A model generated the notes under the pieces. That model was not told the origin of the DNA. It saw nothing but the letters and a program-made list of their open reading frames with translations, and ran no database searches. Shown piece after piece: positions 24,684 to 36,126 of a stretch of 64,000 bases of DNA. The stretch is from Macrostomum hystrix. Lineage: Eukaryota > Animalia > Platyhelminthes. Position numbers and translations under genes: made by a program. Position 1 is the stretch's first letter, and every line of letters starts with the position of its first letter. The DNA is taken from positions 33,294,001 through 33,358,000 of the forward strand of contig CATNEN010000038.1 in the NCBI GenBank assembly GCA_950097015.1, in the 5' to 3' direction.

Positions 24684-27600
24684 ATGTCTACTGAAGAACA
24701 AAAGCTTAATAATGATACCCAATCTGATACAGAAGAAATTTATGAAGAAAACAAGGACCAAATTCAGGTAATTTGAGTCATTTAATAATGTACATTTTGA
24801 TTTTAATACTATTGCCATATGAAAAAGTTCTTATGTTAAAATTAGTTGTCTGCTTTAAATAAAACAATTATTATATTAAAAAAAATTCAGTTAAAAAAAT
24901 GTAGTGGTTATTTTGTCTTTCACACTATGCCTACGTATGTTTATTGTTTCAATGTAAAACTAGGCCTAAAGTTAACAAAAAGGAAAAACAAAAGAATAAA
25001 AAAAAATAATATTTATTGCCAAACCAGCTAATGCAATATAGGTAGGTCTACTATAAAACACTACAATATCATTGTTGACAATTTTAAAGAATCATACATG
25101 CGCAACACCCGGCCGACCCGGCCGAACCGGCCGGGTGAAACGAGGGCCAAGCAAGGTAAGTCGCAAAAACCAATAGACCAAGCGCAAAAAAATCAAAGGG
25201 GGGACCAAGGGACAACAAAGGAAGGCGTGAAGAAAAGGAAAAAGGGGAGAGAAAATGAGAGCAAATGAGAGCAAACTAAGTCGTAAATAGAGCAATGAAA
25301 TGAACTAAGTCGCAAATGAGAGCAAAAACTAAGTCGCACGGCCGGCTAAGATTTGGGAGGTTGCGCATGTATGTAAAGAATTATAATAATATATTTTTTT
25401 AATAAACAAAGATGGTTAGGCCTATTTCTTTAAGCTTCATAATTTTATTTAGGCAATGTCTGATATAAAAGTAGACAAATGACTTTCTGAACTTAATCAT
25501 TCAAAATACAAAGGGTTTTCCAATCAACTGTAAGCTTCACCAATTTTTTATTGCTTTTTATTGAGTTTTTTATATAAGTTAGTCCTTTCAGTGGGGGGTC
25601 GGTGGCAGAGCGGTTAATGCGTTTGCCACTCGCACCACGGTCCCTAAGTTCGATTCCACGGCGAGGCCACATTTATTTGGGGCGCAGCTGCGGAGAGAAG
25701 GCTTGGGGGCTTGTCGTGCAATTTACGCCCTTGAGGGCCAACCTCCAAGGCACAGTGAGAGTGTACACTGCCTGACGATGAGAAAGTCGGCAGATGTACA
25801 CACCTGTGTGAGCGTATGCCTGCGTACAGTATCTGTGTGCGTGTGTGCTCAGGAGTCACGAAATGGGCAGAATTGCCTCCTTGCTGGCTGCGGGTCTAGT
25901 GTCACCAAATGATGTGCCATTGCCCGCAGCCCTCCCGCAATTATTATATTATAGTCCTTTCAGTTGAACTCAAGAACTCCAAAATAAGTATTTTTAAAGC
26001 TGATTCAATACATAGCTAAGTAAACTAAATATATACTTTATATAAGATTAGGAGCTAGGTAGGTTATGTTAAAATAAGAAAAATAATTATACGAGGGCTG
26101 TAAGCAATGTTACATCATTTGCTGGCACTTGACCTGCAGCCAGCAAAGAGGCCATTTTGCCCCATTTTCCTAAATCCTGAGCATACACACAAATACTATA
26201 TTCAGGCATAGGCTCACTCAGGTGTGTACATCTGCCCTGACATTTCTCATCAGGCAGTGTACACTTAACTGTGCCTTGAAAGTTGGCCCTCAAGGGCACA
26301 GATTGCACAACAAGCCCCCAAGCTTTTTCTCTGCAGATGTGCCCCAAATAAATGTCACCTCACCATGGAATCAAACTTAGGGACCATGGTGCAAAAGGCA
26401 AATGTATTAACTGCTCTGCCACCAACCCCCAGTTAGCTTACAACTTGAATAAGCCATTTTTCAATATGCTTGCTTATTCTTTAAAGTTTAAATACCATAT
26501 TGACTAGCCAGAAAAGAAAATGCATTAAGAAATCTTAGTTTTAGCATAAAAGGATATTAATGCATGCTATATATGCTTTAAAATACATAATTACATAATT
26601 GACTACATTTTTAGTAATTTAAAATATAAAAATCAACAAAAGCTTGGTTAAATATATGTATGATATTATATTAATTTGTATATTTTCTAATTCACTATAT
26701 TGGTCCTAGTCCAATGTGGTAGATATTTTAACTTTCTATTAATTGTAGCTAGCTCTATGTTCTTTTAATAAAGCTTTCAATTTACTTTTTGACAAAAATG
26801 CAGGGGCAAATAATTATGTCAGCCAATGTCAAATTAAGCCAAAATAAAATATAAGCCTGACATTAATTTTATGGGCATATTATTCTCCACTTAAATGCAA
26901 AAAAATGTAATAATGATGAATTTATTTCACTAATTTACTATTAGGAACAGCTGGAGAAGATTAATGAATCCTATACCTATGTCAACCGTCTACAAGCAGA
27001 ACTTGAGGTATGGTTTTTGTTTACTTTTAGAGCAAACTAATGTGTATATTTAGGGTTAGAATAGGTTTCAAATGTTTGTAATTTACAATTGTATAAAATA
27101 TTGCATAACCTTCTGCTATTATTTAGCATAAGAGGTTAAAACTAATTATAACTTTTAAATATGAAATAAAACAGTAGTCTATATGGGTCAGGTTTATCAG
27201 TATTGCCTTGTCTCCTCTATATCTCATTCTTATATTCCTCTCATCTCTCCTCTGTCTTATCTCTCCTTTGTCTCGTCTCTTCCCTGCCTTATCTCTTCCA
27301 TGAACTATTTAATCGCATAGCTTACTTTAGCTATACTTCTGCCATTTACCCTAGAACAGCCTTAGACCTACCCAATAGTGAATAAAAGATGTAGCTATTA
27401 GTTTTCAATCGATCCTCGCTCCAACAGTCCTGCACAGTCGAGTTTAACTCGCAAATGTCTTCGGCCAAAGCGGAATTAGTTGCATTACGCAAGCGCATCG
27501 GCGCTAAACGCATCGAGAAGGCCGGGCCCTATTATCGCCAGCTGGCTGAGCGGGCGCGCGCTCAAGAGCTGGCAGCCGACGCCGCTAGTCATTATCAGCG

Positions 27601-28637
27601 CAGCCTTTCCGAACTGCAAGCGGCGCGGGAGACTCTTGAAGTTGCCGAAACTGCCGAGAAGACTAATCCGGAGTCTGGCGATGGCACCGCGGCAGCCGCT
27701 GCCACCGTATCAGAAGCTGCGGCCTCCTGGGAGGAGCACCTTAGCTTGGCCAGGCAGAGGGTTGTCTACGCTGAACAGGAGCTAGAACGGTGCCGCTATG
27801 AGCATCAGCTGCATTCTAAGTGAGACTTTCTCTTTTATTCTATCAGCCTGCAATGTCAGGCTGGTGTTTTTTTACCTTAGATAATTAATCCTATAAAATT
27901 GAAATTGCAGGCAGTACTCCAAAGCCTCCGAGCAGTTAGCCGCACTAAAGTCCAAACATGAGCGGCTAATCGAAGCCTGCAGGCCTTTCTACGAGTTAAA
28001 GATGGCACGGGAGCGCGCCTTGACAGAATTGGAAGAGCGCCGGCACCGGCTGTCAGAACGGCTGGGTGGACAGAAACGTGCTCACAAAGAGGCCATGACT
28101 AGCTTGGAGGCCATCAGTTCAGATATGCACATGTCAAGGCGGTTGGCTCAGCTGCACAGGTGAGTCAGTGGCTTTGGTGCTGAGTCAGTGGCTTTGGTGC
28201 TGAGTCAGTGGCTTTGGTGCTGAGTCAGTGGCTTTGGTGCTGAGTCAGTGGCTTTGGTGCTGAGTCAGTGGCTTTGGTGCTGAGTCAGTGGCTGTGGTGC
28301 TGAGTCAGTGGCTGTGGTGCTGAGTCAGTGGCTTTGGTGCTGAGTCAGTGGCTTTGGTGCTGAGTCAGTGGCTGTGGTGCTGAGTCAGTGGCTTTGGTGC
28401 TGAGTCAGTGGCTGTGGTGCTGAGTCAGTGGCTTTGGTCTGAGTCAGTGGCTTTGGTGCTGAGTCAGTGGCTTTGGTGCTGAGTCAGTGGCTTTGGTGCT
28501 GAGTCAGTGGCTTTGGTGCTGAGTCAGTGGCTTTGGTGCTGAGTCAGTGGCTTTGGTGCTGAGTCAGTGGCTTTGGTGCTGAGTCAGTGGCTTTGGTGCT
28601 GAGTCAGTGGCTTTGAACTATATTCCAGGCGCCGCCT

Positions 28638-28673
<36 letters not shown>

Positions 28674-28926
28674 CGCTCCAGCCGATCATGTCTCAATCTC
28701 GCTTACTGCGGAATGCGAGTCGATGCGCAGCGACTGCTCAGAGGACAGTCGCCTGATGCTGCCCAGCCAGCTTGGCGTAGCCGGTTCCGCTTCTGTTCCG
28801 CCTTCGCCCGCGCGAGGTCGCATTGTCAGCCGACTGGGTCACGTGACGGAGCACCCCCTGTCGCAGTCTGTGTCGGCCTCATCAACTGGCGCAGCTGGCT
28901 CGTCTGGGTCTATGGCTCCATTGTAG
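24684..28926 (+). CDS. SH3BP5: SH3BP5/Parcas-like Rab11 GEF; exons 24684-24767, 26945-27007, 27428-27819, 27911-28159, 28629-28926
   Basis: Spliced product DQIQ|EQLEKINESYTYVNRLQAELE|...KRIEKAGPYY...RLIEACRPFYELK...LEAISSDMH matches SH3BP5-family motifs (RIQxELEKLN, SKPYW, SKPYFELK, LExISxxIH). All junctions GT-AG and in phase. Confidence 0.85.
25093..25373. mobile_element. MITE with 14-bp TIRs and 8-bp TSD (hAT or P superfamily)
   Basis: TIR CATACATGCGCAAC...GTTGCGCATGTATG; TSD TAAAGAAT at 25085-25092 and 25374-25381. Confidence 0.9.
25593..25951 (+). mobile_element. tRNA-derived SINE family A, young full-length copy
   Basis: A box TGGCAGAGCGG, B box GTTCGATTC, (ATT)-like tail, 13-bp TSD TAGTCCTTTCAGT (25580-25592, 25952-25964); CpGs intact. 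Confidence 0.9.
26085..26430 (-). mobile_element. tRNA-derived SINE family A, older inverted copy
   Basis: Full-length reverse-complement homologue of 25593-25951 with CpGs converted to TpG/CpA. Confidence 0.88.
28161..28615. repeat. 20-bp minisatellite (~23 copies) filling SH3BP5 intron 4
   Basis: Unit TGAGTCAGTGGCTTTGGTGC starts within the GTGAGT donor. Confidence 0.95.
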
Positions 28927-29649
28927 TAAATTTCACAGTTCATGGATAACTCCAGAACTATATGTCTGTTTAAACAGAAGCTAAAAAACAATTATTATGT
29001 GATTTTTATGCATCCTACCTCTATAAAAATGTGCAAGTCATGTGCAATATGATCTTTAGCTTATATAATCTTTCCAACTTTCTGATTTCTCTTTTATCTA
29101 TGGTTTAACTCTTGTACGCGTACCGCTCGTATTAACATTCTGTATTGTAACTGTCCAAACATTCTCTTCTTTATTGAAGCACGGCGAACAAAAAACTTAC
29201 ACTGCTTTTTTATTTTCATTAAAATTTAAAGTTGAAATTTAAACGTGCAATATTATCAAGTATGTTTTGTGTCGTTAGGATTTTTTCTGTGTGAATTTAC
29301 AGCAGATTTTTATTTACTTAAAAAAGCTTTCTTGATATGTATGCTAGGATTATATGTATACTAGCAATATTCCTTGATTGATATATGTATTTATTATATT
29401 ATGCTGCTAACACATTTTAGATACTGCTTGTACTAAATCTTGTGTACCAATGTTAGTACTGCTTGTACTCAAGTATGGCAGGCAATAAGATCATTTTAAT
29501 TTTGTATTGACGTAAAATTGCATTGATGCAAATGATATACCATTCTTTGAAGATTGCAGATTTGCCTGATTAATATGATATTGCAGTATAAATTCACTTT
29601 TAAAGTGTGATTCGCATTCTTTGTATCTGACTCGTCATTTTTTGCTTTC

Positions 29650-30417
29650 TGGACTTGTGGAACTGTATGATTGGTTGGCGGGTTTCACGGCTTGGACTTG
29701 TGGAACTGTATGATTGGTTGGCGGGTTTCACGGCTTGGACTTGTGAAACTGTATGATTGGTTGGCGGGTTTCACGGCTTGGACTTGTGGAACTGTATGAT
29801 TGGTTGGCAGGTTTCACGGCTTGGACTTGTGAAACTGTATGATTGGTTGGCAGGTTTCACGGCTTGGACTTGTGGAACTGTATGATTGGTTGGCAGGTTT
29901 CACGGCTTGGACTTGTGGAACTGTATGATTGGTTGGCGGGTTTCACGGCTTGGACTTGTGAAACTGTATGATTGGTTGGCGGGTTTCACGGCTTGGACTT
30001 GTGAAACTGTATGATTGGTTGGCTGGTTTCACGGCTTGGACTTGTGGAACTGTATGATTGGTTGGCAGGTTTCACGGCTTGGACTTGTGGAACTGTATGA
30101 TTGGTTGGCGGGTTTCACGGCTTGGACTTGTGGAACTGTATGATTGGTTGGCGGGTTTCACGGCTTGGACTTGTGGAACTGTATGATTGGTTGGCGGGTT
30201 TCACGGCTTGGACTTGTGAAACTGTATGATTGGTTGGCGGGTTTCACGGCTTGGACTTGTGGAACTGTATGATTGGTTGGCGGGTTTCACGGCTTGGACT
30301 TGTGAAACTGTATGATTGGTTGGCGGGTTTCACGGCTTGGACTTGTGAAACTGTATGATTGGTTGGCAGGTTTCACGGCTTGGACTTGTGGAACTGTATG
30401 ATTGGTTGGTGGGTTTC
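29650..30417. repeat. 43-bp minisatellite (~18 copies) upstream of TMEM201
   Basis: Unit ggacttgtggaactgtatgattggttggcgggtttcacggctt. Confidence 0.95.
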
Positions 30418-30518
30418 GCAGCTGACCTAGGGCTATAACTGCCTGATTGGCTGTAAAACTTATTATGTTTTTAATTCGTGACCTACATGACTTTTTTTCA
30501 GCCAACTTTTTTGTTGCC

Positions 30519-32709
30519 ATGACAAACAAGCAACTCTCCGACGCAACGTCTAGCGGTATGCATGTTGAACTAAGCTTGTCACTATTTAAACTGGCCTACA
30601 TAACTTCTGGGCTCGTTTGCATTTCCGTCGGCTTCCTGGTTTGTCGACACATTTGGCGTCTAGCCGGCCGCGGATTTCCCGTCACCTGCTGGTTCTGCGG
30701 CTCGGCCACTCGGGTGCCCTACGGCAATCGGAACTGTTTCGACTGTCCGCAATGCGATCAGTACAATGGATTCGATGCGTGAGTAACGCTAAGGGGACCT
30801 TGTAAGGGCGTGTCAATTTATATCTAACAATTTAACCTTGTTAGGTTATAAACTAACACTTTCCTTGTACCTGGGTGTTGTATGACTCACTTGGGTCATG
30901 GAAGTGTTGTGTCAGGCAGACCGACTCTATGAAGAAAGAAGCAGAAAGATAACTTTATGAGACACTATAAGCATACAAGCATATTATGAGCAGACAGACG
31001 CTATGAGCAGACAGACACTATGAGCAGACAGATACTATGAGCAGACAGATACTATGAGCAGACAGATACTATGAGCAGACAGACACTATGAGCAGACAGA
31101 TACTATGAGCAGACAGGCACTATGAGCAGACAGACACTAAGCAGACAGACACTATGAGCAGACAGACACTATGAGCAGACAGACGCTATGAGCAGACAGA
31201 CACTATGAGCAGACAGACACTATGAGCAGACAGACACTATGAGCAGACAGACACTATGAGCAGACAGAAAAACACGCTTTAAATGAGCAAACGGCCACAC
31301 AATAAAACTTGCGCACTTTCATCGCCTTCAAAAAGCAGCGATGGCAACTACAACAAGGACATCCCGGCGATGCGTCATTCAGCAATGAATCTGCAGTCTA
31401 CACCGTCGGCCAGGTCGTGTTCGGCGCCCAGCCTGACCTCGCCACACTGGCAGCCAGACGCTGCTGTCCGCCTGTGCGACACCTGCAATCGCAATCAGGC
31501 ACTGAAGGTGGCTCAGCTAGCTCAGTTTGAGCCGACTAGCGCCGCTATGGAGGACTCGGAACTGGCCGCTCTTAAGTCTCGCCTCGAGCGGGCCTACGCG
31601 CTCTGTCATCGCTGCCGATCTAAGCGCAGGTCCGCACTCCAGGCCCAGGATATTCGCCTGCTTCCTGGCCTGTTAGAATGGCAGAGGTCGCGAGTTCGAG
31701 CCCGCACGGCTGCCGGCATTAGTTCCAACAGTTCGAAGCTGCACAGCTGGCTAAGGCTGTGCTCTGTCTGTCTCATTGGCATGGGATTCTCTTCGGCTGC
31801 CTCCCCTGCGGCGGCTAAAATCGTCTGCCTTCCTGCCGTAGCCTGTCTTCTTCTGGCCTCGGTTGCTAGGCGACCGAAATTCAGTCTGCTGCTTTTGTTG
31901 AACAGTTTCGCCGGCGGCGACCTGTGGCAGGGGCCGCTGTTCTTCGCTGCTGTTGAACCTCTGCGATCTCGACTATCTGGATGGATTGCTTCCGCTATCA
32001 GGCTGGCGATGACTGCTGCTTGGGGACCGGCTGGGTGAGTGAGGTTCTGCGGGTCTGTCTGTCATCCGGCTTGATTGCCTATCTAATCTGACTGGTTATC
32101 TGTCTAATCCTGCTGATGATCTGTCTAATCCTGCTGATGATCTGTCTAATCCTGCTGATGATCTGTCTAATCCTGCTGATAATCTGTCTAATCCTGCTGA
32201 TAATCTGTGTAATCCTGCTGATAATCTGTCTAATCCTGCTGATGATCTGTCTAATCCTGCTGATGATCTGTCTAATCCTGCTGATAATCTGTCTAATCCT
32301 GCTGATAATCTGTGTAATCCTGCTGATAATCTGTGTAATCCTGCTGAGTTATCACAGTTTGGTTAGTTTCTTTAAGCCGAATTATCCTACAACATGCTTA
32401 AATTCCCATCACTCAGTTCTGCTGTGACAACCGCCAGCACCGTCATCGCGCCCTATCTGTTGCCGATTCTCCTGACTGTGGCTCATTTGCTCGCATTCTC
32501 GTTTCGTTGGCGTCGTAGTCAGTCTGCAAGTATCCTAGCAACCGTTGCTAATGGCAATTCTAATAATAAGTCAGCCAAGCGGCGCACACTGAACCCAACA
32601 GTCGCCAGCGTTGATAGCGACAGCAGCAGCGGCGGAGGCAGCAGCTGCAACAGCAGTAGCGCCAATGCTGAAGACATGGACATGATCGACTCCGCCTCAG
32701 TAGTTGCTG

Positions 32710-32740
<31 letters not shown>

Positions 32741-34334
32741 ATATCAAACCAATCAAAAGGAGATTAGACAGAGAAATTACCTGCCAAAGCAGCAACCGCC
32801 GCAGCTGCTTCAACAGCCGAAGCGTCCTTCGTCTCTGCCGCCAACTTGGGCCAGTTCTGGCCGACCCGTCCTATCGTTCAACTGCATCCGACCCAAACCA
32901 GCTGCTGCGACTGTTCAAACCTTCGCTGGAGTCAAGGCGAGGTCCCTACTCTCGCCTGTGCCACCGTCACCACTGAGTCATCTGCCACCGCCGCCGCCGC
33001 CGCCTCCATCGACGCCGATGTTGTCCACGACGACACATTTTCGTCGCTCTCCGTCGCTATTTCAGCAGGTGCCGTCTCCGATGGACGTGGACGACGAAGG
33101 TCAGACTGGCCGAGGCTGCGACGCCAATGGATTCGGTGGAGGTGAGCGGCACTTGTTACTGCTAATCTGCCGGATCCCATTGCTAATCTGTCTGATCCCA
33201 TTGCTAATCCGTCTGATCCCATTGCTAATCTGCCGGATTCCATTGCTAATCTGCCGGATCCCATTGCTAATCTGTCTGATCCCATTGCTAATCCGTCTGA
33301 TCCCATTGCTAATCTGCCGGATTCCATTGCTAATCTGCCGGATCCCATTGCTAATCTGCCTGATCCCATTGATAATCTGCCGGATCCCATTGCTAATCTG
33401 CCGGATCCCATTGATAATCTGCCGGATCCCATTGCTAATCTGCCGGATCCCATTGCTAATCTGCCTGATCCCATTGATAATCTGCCGGATCCCATTGCTA
33501 ATCTGCCTGATCCCATTGATAATCTGCCGGATCCCATTGCTTATCTGCCTGATCCCATTGATAATCTGCCGGATCCCATTGCTAATCTGCCGGATCCCAT
33601 TGCTAATCTGCCGGATCCCTTTGCTAATCTCTCTTGTTTTACTGATAGAGTTTCTAACCATTGCTATTATGTGTTATCCCTCTGCTAATCTGTGTTATCT
33701 CTTTAATAGTCTGTGTTAACCCAATGCTAATCTCAGTGTTCCCAATGCTAATCTCAGTGTTCCCAATGCTAATCTCAGTGTTCCCAAAGCTAATCTCTGT
33801 GTTCCCAATGCTAATCTCTGTGTTCCCAATGCTAATCTCAGTGTTCCCAAAGCTAATCTCTGTGTTCCCAATGCTAATCTCTGTGTTCCCAATGCTAATC
33901 TCTGTGTTCCCAATGCTAATCTCTGTGTTCCCAATGCTAATCTGTGATATAAGTCATGTAGCTAATTGATTTATTCTTTTTAATAGCTGGCAACAAGCCT
34001 TCATAACGCATCCATAACTGATAATTCATTTCATCGAACTCAACTCTTTGTAGACTCCGCTTACGCCAGTCAGCGCGCTTCAATCGCCGACATGCCCTTG
34101 AGCTTTGCCGCAACTGCAGCAGCTTCGGGTGCTGAAGGCACCGGTCGCAGTGTCACCAATCGAAGCAAACGCAGTCGCCTCTCCCAGGTGCTCATCGGCT
34201 GCTGTTTCGGTGTCAATTTCTCGCTGCTGCTGCATTGTCTTCTGCTGCCAGCTGGTCGAGCTGTTGTAGCTGCCATCGCTGCCGGCGACACCTGGGCCGA
34301 GTCTTTAGGCAAAGTCTGGCTACTCATATGCTAG
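30519..34334 (+). CDS. TMEM201: TMEM201/Samp1/Ima1 inner nuclear membrane protein; exons 30519-30778, 31339-32034, 32417-33141, 34054-34334
   Basis: Ima1 N-terminal Cys motifs VTCWFC...[17 protein letters not shown]|[40 protein letters not shown], plus TM segments. Splice phases are consistent. The start could be the later Met (MHVELS). Confidence 0.88.
30985..31267. repeat. 17-bp minisatellite in TMEM201 intron 1
   Basis: Unit ctatgagcagacagaca. Confidence 0.9.
32095..32347. repeat. 21-bp minisatellite in TMEM201 intron 2
   Basis: Unit atctgtctaatcctgctgat(g/a). Confidence 0.9.
33160..33945. repeat. Two related 21-bp minisatellites in TMEM201 intron 3
   Basis: tgctaatctgccggatcccat (33160-33630) and cccaatgctaatctc(a/t)gtgtt (33720-33945). 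Confidence 0.9.
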
Positions 34335-34387
34335 GCTGCTGTCTTGTTGATGTTGATGTAGCTTCTTGGCTTTGGTTTGTAAAAGTA

Positions 34388-34896
34388 GCCAATGAGAGAC
34401 GCGGAGGTGGGTTGTTTGTATATTTAAAAACTGGAGGGCGGAGAGTGGCCAATGAGAGACGCGGAGGTGGGTTGTTTGTATATTTAAAAACTGGAGGGCG
34501 GAGAGTGGCCAATGAGAGACGCGGAGGTGGGTTGTTTGTATATTTAAAAACTGGAGGGCGTAGAGTGGCCATTGAGAGACGCAGAGGTGGGTTGTTTGTA
34601 TATTTAAAAACTGGAGGGCGGAGAGTGGCCAATGAGAGACGCGGAGGTGGGTTGTTTGTATATTTAAAAACTGGAGGGCGGAGAGTGGCCAATGAGAGAC
34701 GCGGAGGTGGGTTGTTTGTATATTTAAAAACTGGAGGGCGGAGAGTGGCCAATGAGAGACGCGGAGGTGGGTTGTTTGTGTATTTAAAAACTGGAGGGCG
34801 GAGAGTGGCCAATGAGAGACGCGGAGGTGGGTTGTTTGTATATTTAAAAACTGGAGGGCGGAGAGTGGCCAATGAGAGACGCGGAGGTGGGTTGTT
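34388..34896. repeat. 60-bp minisatellite (~8.5 copies) downstream of the TMEM201 stop
   Basis: Unit gccaatgagagacgcggaggtgggttgtttgtatatttaaaaactggagggcggagagtg. Confidence 0.95.
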
Positions 34897-36126
34897 CGCA
34901 TTCGCGGAGGTGACACGCTATGGCACGCTACTTTGTTAAAGCGTTATTCGGTTTAGTTTTTATGATTGTGTTTAATGTCGTGTGCGTTTTAATTGTCCAA
35001 TCGTATTAATTATTAATGCTACTCAATATATGAGAGTACCTTTTGTTCAAACATAATATTTTATCTTCTGTGTATGCTCTTTATGCTCACTAGCTATAAA
35101 AAAGTCACTAATAAAACGATTGTCTTTAGGGCTTGAACATATTGCTTATTTAATCACTGGTTAGTTGAAAATTTGTGCATTTATTTATCTTTGTGAAGAT
35201 GTTGATAATGCTTATCATTCATCATTCTGTTTACTTACAAACTACGAGTTATTATTCTTGCAAACACGGAGCTACAAGAAATTCTAAATCAAATTCTGCC
35301 TTCTATTGCATTTTCACTCTCCTGGTCATCATTTTATGGTCCTGAATTTTTCTAGTTTATATTTTACTAAGAGTTGAAAATTCTATAGTTAGGAAATGTT
35401 TTTTTAACAATCATATTAGGAAACTTGAAGATACGCGCGTATTTGGAAAATTTTAGATTATGTAATTTATGGGATTTTTAATGATTCAGTTAATCAGTAA
35501 TTAAAGTTGGGATTTCAGAGAAAACTATGCTTTAAGTATGATACTTTTCGGCGATAGATTGATAATTTTATATCTACTTTAGTTTAGTTTCACAGCTACC
35601 ACCTAATTCAGCTGACTCAAGCGTACTCTAGTAAATTGTAAATTTACTGTCTCTCTGTCTTTGTAATAGCTGTAATAATTGAATCTACACTGAATACTTG
35701 CGAGTTGTCTTGCTTTTAAACGTTTTGCTCTGTGAAGGAAACCAGTGCAAACATATTACTATTAATAAATAGAATTTGTCGATTAAATCGAATTTATTCC
35801 AAAGGATGCTATTTGACTTTCTGAATTTAGTGATGGTTTGCAGATTTTAATTAGCCTAAATAAATACTTCTATATTTTAAAATGCACGGGCTAAAGAAAT
35901 GAGCCTTTTAGTTCCTTCCACTCTTATATTTAATTTTCTATTTCAGACAGGGCCTGAAAAACAACAACCCGAGGCTAACAGTGGCTGCCGCAGGAATAGC
36001 GGAAGGACTGGCGCCACCCCCTCCGCGACTCCTGCCCCAGCAGCACCCACCCCCTCCGCGACTCCTGCCCAAGCAGCACCCACCCCCTCCGCGACTCCTG
36101 CCCCAACAGCACCAACCCCCTCCGCC

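Noticed and set aside
25593-25670. tRNA gene
   Set aside because: A/B boxes continue into a ~290-bp body with tail and TSD and have dispersed homologues, so this is a SINE head.
25760-25803. Hammerhead ribozyme in the SINE (CTGACGA...GAAA)
   Set aside because: Only 3 nt between the core boxes, so no stem II; the region folds as a simple hairpin.
33142-33969. Hydrophobic LICRIPL / LISVFPM repeat proteins
   Set aside because: Intronic 21-bp repeats; TMEM201 splices 33141 to 34054 in phase.
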